From: Entomortierella parvispora E1425
Taxonomy: Eukaryota > Fungi > Mortierellomycota
Assembly: GCA_020891255.1 (NCBI GenBank)
Contig: BQFW01000007.1
Location: forward strand, 2,418,001-2,482,000
Reading direction: 5' to 3'
Length of the DNA: 64,000 bases
Below the pieces are notes generated by a model that saw only the letters and a program-made list of their open reading frames with translations, ran no database searches and was not told the DNA's origin. Below are positions 25,266 to 36,907 of the stretch, piece by piece. How positions within the stretch are numbered: position 1 is the stretch's first letter; each line of letters begins with the position of its first letter. Made by a program: the position numbers and the translations under genes.

Positions 25266-27151
25266 TGAGGTGTGAAAGTGTGAGTTGACGAGGGTGAGGA
25301 GAGAGGGAAGAAAAGGGAAAACAGAATGAGTAGGAGGAAGGGGGAGGAGAGAGGGAAGGGAAGGGGTGAAAGAAAAAAGAGGGATGCGCGATGGGGTTGA
25401 TGCAGAGATAGTGCGAGAGAATGAAAGAAGAAAGAGAGAGAGAAAAGAGGAACGAGAAGACAGCAAAGAAGTAGGAAAACACGGCCTCGAGAATCGAGAG
25501 GCGTGGCAGAGAAATTAAGGGAGAAAGGGGTGCGATGGGGATTTCATTAACCGCAATGCGTCCGAATGAACCTCCGGACGGGGATCAAGGGGTTCAAGGG
25601 TGTCCGTGGCTGTAAGAATAGGCCCTGGTCCAGTCTGCTGGCCACATTACACATTCAAGGAGGCTCCAAACAAATAGACCGCCAACTGTCCACTGATCCT
25701 TTCTACTTGTCTTGATCTTGGACAGAACGCGTGGGGGGCGTGGGCCAGAGCACAACGTTTTTTTTCTTTCTTTGCTTTGCAATGTTGCCAAAATCCGCGG
25801 TGAAATAAACTCGGAACCAGATCAAACGAAATGAGGGTTGTGTTGTCAAGATGTGGTGCCAGCAGAAGAGTACAAGAAAAGGTGGCACCCAAGGACCGAG
25901 GGCAAGCATGTTCCAAGAACAAACATGATGTAGGGGCATTTCCTGTGGCCACATTGCTAATTGCTGTCTGCCTTTTTCTGCTCATTCTCACACTTACTCC
26001 CCTCCTTTTGCTGTCCATGCATCCAAGCAAATGCACGCTCAGACGCAAAGAGGCAAGAGCAAGTCATTCCATGATCTGTGCCCAACCGTGCCCCAATGGC
26101 TCAGAGTCAAAGAGCAACCACACCATGCCAGCTCCCCGATCAAAGGGTAAAAATGTAATTGCCCCAGATCGGCTGTGCTCAACTGAAGCATCTCCTACTG
26201 TCTCCCCCTCCTTCTTCCTCCTCAATAGCTTGTGTCAATCGAATATGAAAATAACCTTCGCCTTCTTCGATTTGTTCGATTTGTTCGATTTGTTCAGCAA
26301 ATGGCCCAAAAAAAGACAACAAGGGGAACAAACAGCCAAGCAGTCAGGCTGGGCTACAGAAATTGCAAAACAAATGCGAGGGAGGGAAGGGGGGTCATTC
26401 GTGCTTTTGGTGTTTGAGGCGCTCGGTTGCATTACGTGACACAAACCTCAGGGCCAATGCCCTAGAAAAACGACACTTCCTGCCCACCCAAGTCGCTTCC
26501 CCCTATTGCAATCTTTAGAGAGAGAGGGAGCCCGATCAGTCAGACCATAGTTCAATGGTGATATCTAGAGACCCTATCCTGTCGTACCTGCTCACTCTTT
26601 GACTTCGTCATAGGGTTCAGTCCTGCATTTTATTTTTTACTTTTTTAAGGCTGACCATATCAGTCGCGACCGGATCTGGATCTCTGAGGAACAAATAGCA
26701 CCAGTAGCGGATCAAGCACCCCTACCTAAAAACTGCGATCTGGACCTGTCATTTTGCCATCATCTCGGGCCAACTTTTTGCAGCCACTGACTCCCGACCT
26801 GGGCCTGTTTTCAGCCTCCATCTACAACTTGTCCCAAGCTGCGGATTCTCGATCTTTTCTAATTCTGGGCTCAGCATCAAGTTGAGCCAGACGTGGGTCC
26901 AATTGAGCCCTGAGTGTCGGCCCAGAGCACCAGCACCAGCACCAGAGCACCAGAGCACTCCAAAAGAACTCGGTTAACTCTCAAAGCGCATGCTTCAGAG
27001 AAGCCAGAGCGGCTGGCCAGGGGCGTGCTATCTTCCGCAGACGCGCTCCTCAGTGGACGATAATGCGCAGTCACGAATCTTGATTCCACGATTCCATGAT
27101 CAGTCAATTTAAATGAGATCTCCGCTTTCCTTACTCACATCACTCAGCATC

Positions 27152-27848
27152 ATGAACGGCCTCCGTCTACTTACTCGCAACGTCAACAACATTGCCCGCA
27201 CAGGCGCCCAAGGCATGTCTCCAGAACGACCAAAAGTCAGGAGGCTGAACAAATGGAGACTAATCAAAGAACAATTCGCGCATTGAACTTGGTTTTCACT
27301 AGTCCGCGCTTTCCAAAGCTCGTCCTTGGTTTTCACAGGAAAGACGCACGATGCCACCGATGATACCTTCAAGACCTTGGTGTCTTCCAAGGAACCTATC
27401 CTTGTTGACTTCCACGCTGAGTAAGAACCTCTTGGACAGGGAGAAGGGAGCACACAGGGACTCGGATTCAAGCTATGGGGCTGTTTTATTGACTTGGGCG
27501 TTTATTCTCATTGATTACTTTCTAGTTGGTGCCGACCCTGCCATATGTTGGATCCCATCATTCGCAAGGCTGTTGCCGATTCTGGTGCCGTGACTTTGCT
27601 CCGTGTCGATGTGGATGAGTGCCCTCAGGTTGCCTCCAAGTTCCAGGTATGGAATCTGAAGAGTCACTATGGAAAACGATGAATGACATACATCCCTTTG
27701 TCACTCACAAAAGAGCGTACTACAATAGATTGCCAGTATCCCTTGTGTCATGGCTTTCAAGGACGGCGAGCCTGTTGAAAAGTTTGTTGGAGCTCTTCCC
27801 AAGAATGCTGTTGTTGACTTTGTTACCAAGCACGCTGGACGCGCCTAA
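27152..27848 (+). CDS. Mitochondrial thioredoxin, 4 exons, active site WCRPC
   Basis: Presequence MNGLRLLTRNV. Spliced product reads LVDFHAD|WCRPCHMLDP..LRVDVDE..KFQ|IASIPCVMAFKDGEPVEKFVGA. The first intron appears to be GC-AG. Confidence 0.88.
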
Positions 27849-28169
27849 AGCATGCGACGGTGCCCTTCGGAGCTGTTCGAACTACAGTATGGACGACAAA
27901 GATATCAACATAATGAATAAAGCAGAGATAGAAATAACAGGATGTCCATGGTAGTCTATCATCCAAAAGCCCTGTAGGACGAGAGAGCACAGCGCGGTGC
28001 GTTGCCACCAAGTCCAACAGGGCGATTGAAATGATCGATAGGGCGCACAGGAACAGTCACCGATTTCTGGGGTCGTGGATCATGGACCAGATGGATGTTC
28101 ACTTGACCCTGTTCACCTTCATCTGAGCCTTCTCTCATTCAATCGCTTTTCACCCCCATCCTCACCCTC

Positions 28170-28796
28170 ATGTCCATCAAGAACCTCATCTTTGACCTCG
28201 GCAACGTGATCCTGCGTCTCGACCAGGCCGCAACCGCCAACGCCTTCAAAGCTCTTGGCGCCACTCAGTTCCCCCACCTCTCCCAGCACGCCTCCTCCAA
28301 GACCATCGTCGATTACGAGACCGGAAAGATCTCGGCTGAGGATTTCCGTCTTCAGGTCCGCTCTGCGATCGGCCTGCCAGAGTCTGTGACCGATGCAGAG
28401 TTTGATAAAGCCTGGAATGCGATGTTGTTGGACTTCCCCAAAGGACGACTGGAGTTGATGCGGATACTCAAGAAGGATTTTGGTTACAATGTCTATCTTT
28501 TGAGCAACACAAATGCTATTCACATTGAGTATATAGATCGGGTCTGTTTGAAGGACTTTAAGGAGGAGACCCTGTATCCCTTCTTTGACCAGGTGTACTA
28601 TTCACACGACATTGGACATCGGAAACCATCCAAGGAGGCCTTTGAACACATCCTGAAGGATCAGGGGTTGAAAGCGAATGAGACCCTGTTCTTGGATGAC
28701 ATGCTCGAGAATGTGGAGGCGGCCAAAAAGTGTGGTCTGCAGGCCGCTCAGGTCGATGCAGAGACCGACTTGGGGTTCCTGCAACTTCGTTTTTAG
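28170..28796 (+). CDS. Intronless HAD-superfamily phosphatase, YihX/bacterial type
   Basis: Motif I IFDLGNV, motif II LSNTN, motif III GHRKP, motif IV LFLDD; single 208-aa ORF. Confidence 0.92.
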   Translation: MSIKNLIFDLGNVILRLDQAATANAFKALGATQFPHLSQHASSKTIVDYETGKISAEDFRLQVRSAIGLPESVTDAEFDKAWNAMLLDFPKGRLELMRILKKDFGYNVYLLSNTNAIHIEYIDRVCLKDFKEETLYPFFDQVYYSHDIGHRKPSKEAFEHILKDQGLKANETLFLDDMLENVEAAKKCGLQAAQVDAETDLGFLQLRF

Positions 28797-29340
28797 ATCC
28801 TGGCAAACGGATTGCCCCATGCAACAGTTCCCGAGATGGGCTGTTTTAGTTTACATATTCACTCCTAAAAATAAAGTCGATACCACAATAGACGCTTAAC
28901 CGAGAACATCTAGCAGTGTTGGGACAGATGATGGGTTTCGATGGTGAGTCGTGGAACCATTCCATAAATGGCTTGAAGAGGCAAGGGACACGAGTCAAGT
29001 CCAGGGTCCAGCTCTTGAGAAGAGCTAACGGGGCAAAGGAAGGTCAAAGCATCAGATGAAATGGCGTAACGATGAGCATGAATGAACAACGATAAAACTG
29101 ACGGACACAAATTCAATCAGCCGCACAGTGGGAAGAACCTCCCTCAAGAACGTCCAGCACTGGAAAGCATCTCTCCAGCAGCAGATGGTGCACAACGAAG
29201 GGCGGGGGCACCGATGGACGTCTGTGCGCGATCGGTCCTTGGGCAAATATTGCATTATTTTTCCTTCACATTTTTCTTTTTCCTTGCATGATTATTGACT
29301 TCACTCTTCTTTGCTCCCTCACTCCTGCTCACTTCACCAA

Positions 29341-32300
29341 CATTCCTCAGTCCTGACCTTCCTCCAAGGATTACGTCGAAGATCGTTCCTCTCCTTCGTT
29401 GTTCCACAGTTCCAACTCCTCGACATCCTCCCGTGATACTCACTGTTGCAACCTTCACGATCAGCCTTTCCAACTGTTGTGTTTCTTTCTCTCTGAAAGT
29501 TCCCAGGTAAAGAAATAGCACTCGAACATCATTCTTCTGTCCACCTCTTTATTCATTCACTCTCACGACCACATCCTTCCTTCTGCTCATCCTTGTCGTC
29601 GTACACAACGGATTTTTTTTTTTTTTTTTTTTTTTTTGATTTTGAACCTCAAAAGGGTGGCTGGCAAACAGAAAAAAAAGCCTTGCGACACAAGGGCTCT
29701 GAAAGGTCTTCTTAGGCATTCTGTTGTTCCCCTTTCCTCAACAACCCCCTCTTGCACCGAAGCGGGCCACAACAACGGCAACACCAGTCTCCAACATTCC
29801 TCGTCTTGGGATGGGTGGGCTCTGTTTCGTCCTTGTTTCTTTTTTGTCTTTTGGTCATTTTTTTTTTTTTTGGACCGCTTGGTCCCAGGGACACAAACCA
29901 GAGTAGGAATCATCTTTGTTTTCGTGTGTGGTACATTCCTGCTCTTCCACTCGGCTGAGCTGTCGTTACTTTGGAGCTTGAATAATTTCAGCCTCCAGGT
30001 GAAGGTGAGAAATGAGCGCGCGCGCCAGAGAGAGGGAGAGAGAGCTGGAAAGGGGAAGGTGGAAATCGAAAGGGGAACATACCGAAAGGAGAAACACTTG
30101 GTTCGGGCTAGAAGGGATAAAAAGGTCTTTGACATGTTTACCACTCCGCGCCCCAACGGTTGTCCGTGTGGCCCTGCAGAGAAGAATCGATCACCATTCC
30201 AAAGGGTCAGAAGGGCGTAATCTTCATGTTTTTTTTACTTCGAATTTTGAACAGAGGTCATATGGTGCGCCGCGCCCACAGACCCCAGATTCTTTTGTTG
30301 TTTCTCTACTTCTCTGCCTCATACTTCACTATGCCCCTCTGCACTCCCTCCTCGTGGAAGAAGGGGCATGCGCGGTCCACAAGGGCCAATGCAACAAACA
30401 TTGCTGACAGATGACTGTCCGTAGGAAAGAGACGAAAAAGGGGTGGAGTGGGGTGGGCAGCTGAGTGCAGCAAAACAAATGAACCAATGCAAGATTCAGG
30501 TGTGTTCATCTCCCACGTCTTCCTCTCTCCCCCGATAAGTGTAATCGCAACCACAAATAAGAAGAGAAGGACGTCTTTGGTTCCTTTCTCTGTTGGCATC
30601 CAAACATAGACATCTGAAAGGAGGGCACAGAGAGAAAGAGAGAGAGATAGAGAGGAAACAGTCTTTGGATCAATAGCTTTTTCAATGTGGCCGAGAAGCG
30701 CATTCAGTAGATGGCATTCAGTAGATGTGAACGCATTGATACAGGACCGTTCTTCATCACGCCCTCGACAGTCGTTCCCCTCTTCTCCCTTCATTGAGGC
30801 AGAAGGCAAAAAGGGGCACTCGAAACACCCTTGCGCATCTTTTCCAATCGTTCTCTCATTTGTTCGTTTACTTCGTTTGCTCAAGGAGGCGTACTGTCGC
30901 GACTTTTAATCATAAAACCATTATGCGGACGCCTTGGGGGTGGACACAGGGGAGGCGCCATCTTTGTTCATAACCTCACAGTGGACGGACTTGTAGGAAA
31001 AAAACAAGTGACTGAAGAGGAACCAGATCAGGCGAAAAAGGGGTGAAGGCAAACTGAAAACGACCAGGCAAAAAAGGAGACGAGGCTGGACCGCGAAAGG
31101 AGATCGTGTTTGTGAAAAAAAGCGGCCGTTGGGTGCAGGGCCATGGTCTGTGTTCCATTCGGGTTGGGAGGATGCTAGTTCCATCCCTCAAGGTGGCGAT
31201 GACGATGACGATGACGACGATTCTGGACTTGGGACTGGCTGGAAAAGAGGGAGGGAAGGAGGAAAGAAGGAAAGGAAGGAGGCAGGAAAGGGCGGGAGCG
31301 GGATCGTTGGGCAGAATGGAGAGCCCGACAGGAAGAAACAGCTTTTTGGGGAAGGGAAGTCGCGTTGGTGGTGAAGGTCCTTCCCAGTCCGACACAGGGA
31401 CGGTCAAAGGTTCCTCCCAAGTACCGGCACTGCTGTGCACTCTCCCCCCCCCTCATCCCATCCTGCCAGGCATGCCCTGTCCCCTGTTTGCTCGCGCTAG
31501 ATCCTGAGCGGGTATTCTGTCCCATTCCAAGGAAGGCAACATTTCCCGCACTCCAGAGGCAGAGAGAGAAGAGAGGATCGATGGATGACATTACGCCTCT
31601 CACTTCGTCTGGGCACCAGCTGCCGACGGAGCCAGGAAAAATTGAAAAATGAGGGGATGATGGACATCCTTGCTTACTTCCCGGGCCACCTTCGGTCATT
31701 GCTCTCAGACTTGCATCTCCGTATTCTTTCTTTCCTTCCTCCTTTTGCTTGGTTGTCTGTGTACGACCGGCCTGTCCGGAGATCATATTAAAACAACAAG
31801 GACGTCGTCTACTTTCCCCACTCTCTTTCCTCTCTTTCTTTTCTTCTTTGTCACCCTTCCTCCAAGGAAAAAAACGCCCACATCGATCGTCCAACCAAAC
31901 CACATCCGACGACCCTTGCATCCACATTCGCTCCCACATCCTCACCTTCCGTTCATCCTCCCCTTCAGAGCTTGGACTATCACGCGCACCCACCATTGTT
32001 GATATTGACGCTTTTCTTCTCTCCTCTCCTGGAAATTCTATCTGTCATCGCATCACATCCCACCTGCAGATATTAAAAAAAATCATCGCCGACATACATA
32101 TTCATTCATCCTTCCGACCATCATTCCACCCATGACCGCCTTCTCGAGCACGTCGAAGCAATCGACCTTTATCCAAACACCTCTTCCTTCTTTCACTTCC
32201 AACGACTCTGCACCATTAGCATCCACTACAACTGTGCCTTCCCCCGTACAACCCATCCTTGCCTACCCTGCCTCTACATCTTCACTCTCACCAACATCCT

Positions 32301-34426
32301 CAACCTCCTCCATCACATCCCTCTCCATTTCCCGAGCACCTTTACCTCACTCATCCTCCGCGTCTCGGCCTCCACCACCCATTATGACCAACAGCAGCAA
32401 AAGGAGCAAAGAAGAGGTAAATTGTTAGACAAGAACAGACGACCGAACCAACAAGCACTTTTGCCCCTTGGAGTCGATTCATGTCCCGACGACCAAACGC
32501 TCCTTTTTTTTATGGTTCCTTGATTTCTTTCGTCTTCTTCTTCCCCTCACGCGAGTTTGGGCGCAGGACTCAGACAAGGAGATCAGGAGCTGACATGTCA
32601 TCTTGACTCTGCGCCCGCCGCTGCCGTGGGATCAATGGGCAGAAACTTGAGGAGTCAACAAAAAAAAACACAAGACATATTTTGAGTGTCAGCAACAATC
32701 AATAAGGTGTCGTCCGAAGTAAACGGACACGCCAAAGAGGACGAAACCAAATCACAAGAACAAAGCACCAAGTGAGGATGCACCAAACAACCAAAGCATC
32801 AACAACAATTGCGATGCTTACACATTCAGGAAACGAGGCGAGGCAGGGGGAACAGCCCAGGGGGGACTCATTTTGTGATACTTTGGACTTGCATATTGCA
32901 CTTTATGAACACACATATCTTTGTGCAGGCACACGTACCATCTTCATTTCATTCCTCCGCACTCTATCTCCATATCCTCATGTCATACATTGTATCGCCC
33001 ATCCATCGATCTTCTCCATCTGTCCCACAGTCATTGTAATTTCCTCTTCGCTTAAATCAAAACCAACACGGAGTTGTAGCCAAGTGGACGAGAGCTCTTA
33101 CCGTCTCAATTACAAGCGCGTCCCCTCGCGTCGAATTCTTTTTTTCGTTCTATTCTTCCTGCTTGTTGTTCATATTCAAACTTGTAATTGCAATTGGGTT
33201 TTTCGCATACCTTTGTCTCCGTGTAGATTCTGTGTGAATTAGTGGCAAACTTCTATGAAGTTGTATTGTGTAGACGCTAACACATCCCTTTCTTTTTTCT
33301 CTCCATGATTCAGGTCTGGCCCGACAACGTTGAGCAGGCGTTTATGGAAGGTAAGATACTCACATCCAAGCCCCCTGCTCCTCAATAGCCGACGGTACCC
33401 TGCATTTTTTTTTTTCAGTGTTCCTGGCTCTTGTAACGTTTCTCGCGCCCAACCTTATTCTCCGCATTCCTTCGCGCTGGAAGCACAACATGGAGAAAGT
33501 GTAATGTGGGATGATGTTTGGTTGTGTCGCACAAAGAATGAGCCATGGCGACGTTCTGGGCGAAGGAAAGAGTTGAATTTAGGCCGACCATGCCGTGCTG
33601 AGACCGTTTGAGCAGAGAGGGCTCTCTCCTTGAGTGTGAAATGAGAAAATTTTCAGGTGTCTGTTGTTTTTTTGCTGTTGTCGCTGTTGTTTTCCCTCTT
33701 TTGCTTTCTGTTTGGAAACACGGTGATTGTACTCTGTAAAGAAGAAAATCTTCTACGTTTTGTTTGTTCTTCTCCACGGTCTAAGTGTTCTGTGAGGCGT
33801 TAAAGAGAATGTCACTCTGTGTTGTCATTAGTACCGTTGAGTTGTTGATGTGGCCAGGAACTCCGTTCAAGTAGAATCGGGTAGTTGCGCGCGTGCATGT
33901 CGTTGATTGCAATTAGCGCGAAATTAATTTCCGTTGAACAATCGATCCATCTATCAGGATGAAGTGAATATAATTTATTGGAGACGCGTGGGTACCTCCT
34001 TCGATGTTCCTGGACCCTCTCTCTCCTTGGGGGTCTTGTCTGTGCATGGGTTACCCTGACCTCCCCGCCCGGGCCGCAATATCAACATTCCTGACATCCC
34101 TGTTGTTTGCAGCTGCTCAGATATCAATCGGGATGAATAATGACTATCTCATTCTTCCCCCCTCTCGCGTGCAGTTGACTAACCTCGAAAGTCTAACTTT
34201 GTCCTCTGTTTCCCCATTCACCCTCGCCCCCTGCCTACGGCTCACGCTCCACGTTGGTTTCCAATTGCTTTTCCGCTCCACTGCGGTATGGATCATGTCA
34301 ACAGCTCTCGTAAAAATCCCAAAGCTCGGACGGAGAAAAGTTGTCGTGGACACCAAGCCTTGTGGTACGTAAAGACGATGATTGTATGGAGTAGAAAAGA
34401 CTATATGACAAATATATATGCATTCT
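29341..34426 (+). promoter_or_regulatory. Cluster of CATTCY (TEA/AbaA-type binding) hexamers upstream of and within the TEA gene
   Basis: 13 plus-strand copies read by eye at 29341, 29530, 29717, 29795, 29934, 30195, 31523, 32122, 32950, 33465, 34086, 34150 and 34421. Function is inferred. Confidence 0.35.
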
Positions 34427-35973
34427 GTACTTTGTGGGCCAGATACCCCGAGATACCTGTTTTAGCGTTTAATTGGTGTACGGTAATCATGTTCCATCCG
34501 GGTACCCCAGCTGGCTCTAATATATTTCATTTTCCGGTATTAGGTCGAAACGAGCTGATTGCTGCCTACATTCACAAACAAACCGGTCGATGGAGAACAC
34601 GGAAACAAGTGTCCTCACATATTCAAGTTCTCAAGAATACGCGAAAGGATGACCAGCGGTGTAAGTGTGCCGAGACCATGAAGGTAGTTGCACGTCAGCC
34701 TGCAAAGGACACGCTCTAACGCTAACTCTACATAGTGATGGATCTCCTGTCGGATGCATCGGTGGATGAGGGCGATGATGCGGCCATGCTGTTGGCTGCA
34801 CTTGGGACGAGCAGTATTATGTACGGGGAGAGCAGTAGCCCGCAAATATCACCAGTCTCGCCTACGGGGAGTGTTACTGCGCGTTTCGAGCGATTGGACA
34901 ATTCTTCTTCCCCCGAGATTGAGGATGAGAGGAAGCCGACCCACCATCGTCAACTTTCCATTGCCTCCATTCTCAATCCGGATATGGAGACAGAGTCGCA
35001 GCAGCTACAACAACAACAACCGCAACAACAACATTTCCACCAGCAGTTCCAACAACTACCACCGTCTCATCGTCACCATTTTCGTTCCCATTCTCAACAC
35101 TATCAGCGACCTCGTCGAAACACTTCCTCTGTGGAGATGTATTCATATTCGACGCGCGACAATATCTACGAGGAGGCTTCGTTCGAGCAAACAGCACATG
35201 GCGCACCGCATCCAACACAGTTGCCATCGATGGAAAGAGCAGGCTCAGGCAAGAGACGTCCGAGTCAGGAAGGGTATGATCCAGCGCGATCCTATTTCAG
35301 CGAAAGGTTTTCCTACTGGCCTTGTCAGTTCAAGCTCACTCAAGAGGAGCGGAGGCCACCACACGCCGAGGTACATTTCGAATGGCAATAGTTTGATCTA
35401 TCACATCTCGTTATGAAAAAACTTGCTCACGATGTCTATGACTCTCTTAGAATGCATTGCCCAGGGAGATCTTGTTGTCCGGTAGCGATGCTCCTTTTCA
35501 GGACAACATGGAGTGTGTGCCAATCAGCGCTTTGAGCGACTCTCAATTTCCACACATCAAGGAAGCATTCCAGAGAAAAAAAGCCCTTCATCTGAACTAT
35601 AAGGTGAGCTTCGTTCAGTCCATGCCGATGTCTTAGTGTACTGGATAGTACTAACGTGGCGTCGATACCATAGGTTGGATTGAACCTCGGGAGCTCAGTA
35701 AACACCACGAGGGTTTTGACAAGGAATCTTTTTCAGTCGACTGAACGATACACAGTAATGTGCACTACAAGAGTGTTTTCCTTTGGCAATCAGGTCGTGG
35801 AGAGTCAAGAGACACAGCAGGCGGCTTTCTATGGCGGTCGATACGTGTATTCCTTCAAGATGGTCAATGAGTGGTTTTACACCTTCCTACAGACCTTGAA
35901 TGACGGCCGATCTTTGGATGAGGCTCAAGCATCGCTGCGAAATATCACTATTCTGCAGGTAAGCTTGCGGCCT

Positions 35974-36008
<35 letters not shown>

Positions 36009-36795
36009 GCATTCTTTCGAATTATGGTCGAGTGTTATGAATCTCAGTGTCGGCGTTCTCAATCCCGTCCTTTTTTTTTAATAGGAATTTGACCGTCTAT
36101 CAGCTGGCCCTGCCCTCCCAGAGTGGGATTCAGAAGCAGAGTGCCTGCTTGTGGTTGCGTACCAATTCAATGCTTCGAATCAGGGAGGCATGACAGGCTA
36201 CCGATTGACAGACGACGCAGCACCTCTGTCCAAGGTTTCAACCTTTGCCCGGACTCGCGCCAATACGTGGGATAACTCTAGCATGGCTTTTAGCAGGAAC
36301 TTCGGCAGCGGCGGTGCAGGCCCAGGCATTCGAAGGCCAATACAATCTCCAGATCAGAGTCAGCTCTTTGGCTCCCCGGGTGGCTCATCCGCCAGATATG
36401 GTTCACCACTTTACCACGACGACCCATGGGCACGTCATCACCCTCCAACACCATACCAGCATCAACTTCAGAATCAACTTCAGCATCACCCTTTGACAGA
36501 AACTGTCCACAGATCACCCGTGATGTTCCAAGAATATACCCCTGCACCGCTGGAGCCTAGGTTACGATGCAGCAAACGCAGTTCCATGGACATGCGGGAT
36601 GGAGACCGACGCGATCAGTACTATCAAGCGCAGCAGGACGAATACGAGCGACCTCCACAGCGTCCAATGCACTCGGTGTCTCCATTACCTCCTTCGGGTC
36701 AATATATTGCTCATGGAGCCTCTAGTCCAGGATTACCAGAGCCCAAAAAGTTCTGCGTCTATCCCAGAAAAGGAATCAGATCCACATTTTCATAG
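32132..36795 (+). CDS. TEA/ATTS-domain transcription factor with a TEAD-like C-terminal (YAP-binding-type) domain, multi-exon
   Basis: Spliced TEA domain [12 protein letters not shown]|[14 protein letters not shown]|[30 protein letters not shown]. The C-terminal region reads [38 protein letters not shown]. Confidence 0.9.
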
Positions 36796-36907
36796 TCCAC
36801 TTTGCTTTATCTTCATCCTCATAACCATTAAAACCATTAAAAACTGTCATTCCAATCAAATCTCGTTTATTTCAATTCAAAACGTAACATCATCTATCTC
36901 GGTCATT

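Noticed and set aside
26541-26640. tRNA-like A box (tagttcaatggt), B-box-like ggttcagtcc and a T run
   Set aside because: The D stem, T stem and acceptor stem do not pair, so no cloverleaf forms.
25300-27100. ORFs in the GLY1-thioredoxin intergenic region (e.g. 202 aa at 25831)
   Set aside because: They show no motifs or splice-linked continuation, and the composition is typical of promoter sequence.
31581-31791. Two short upstream ORFs before the TEA start codon
   Set aside because: The transcription start is unknown, so they cannot be placed in the mRNA, and short ORFs are expected by chance.
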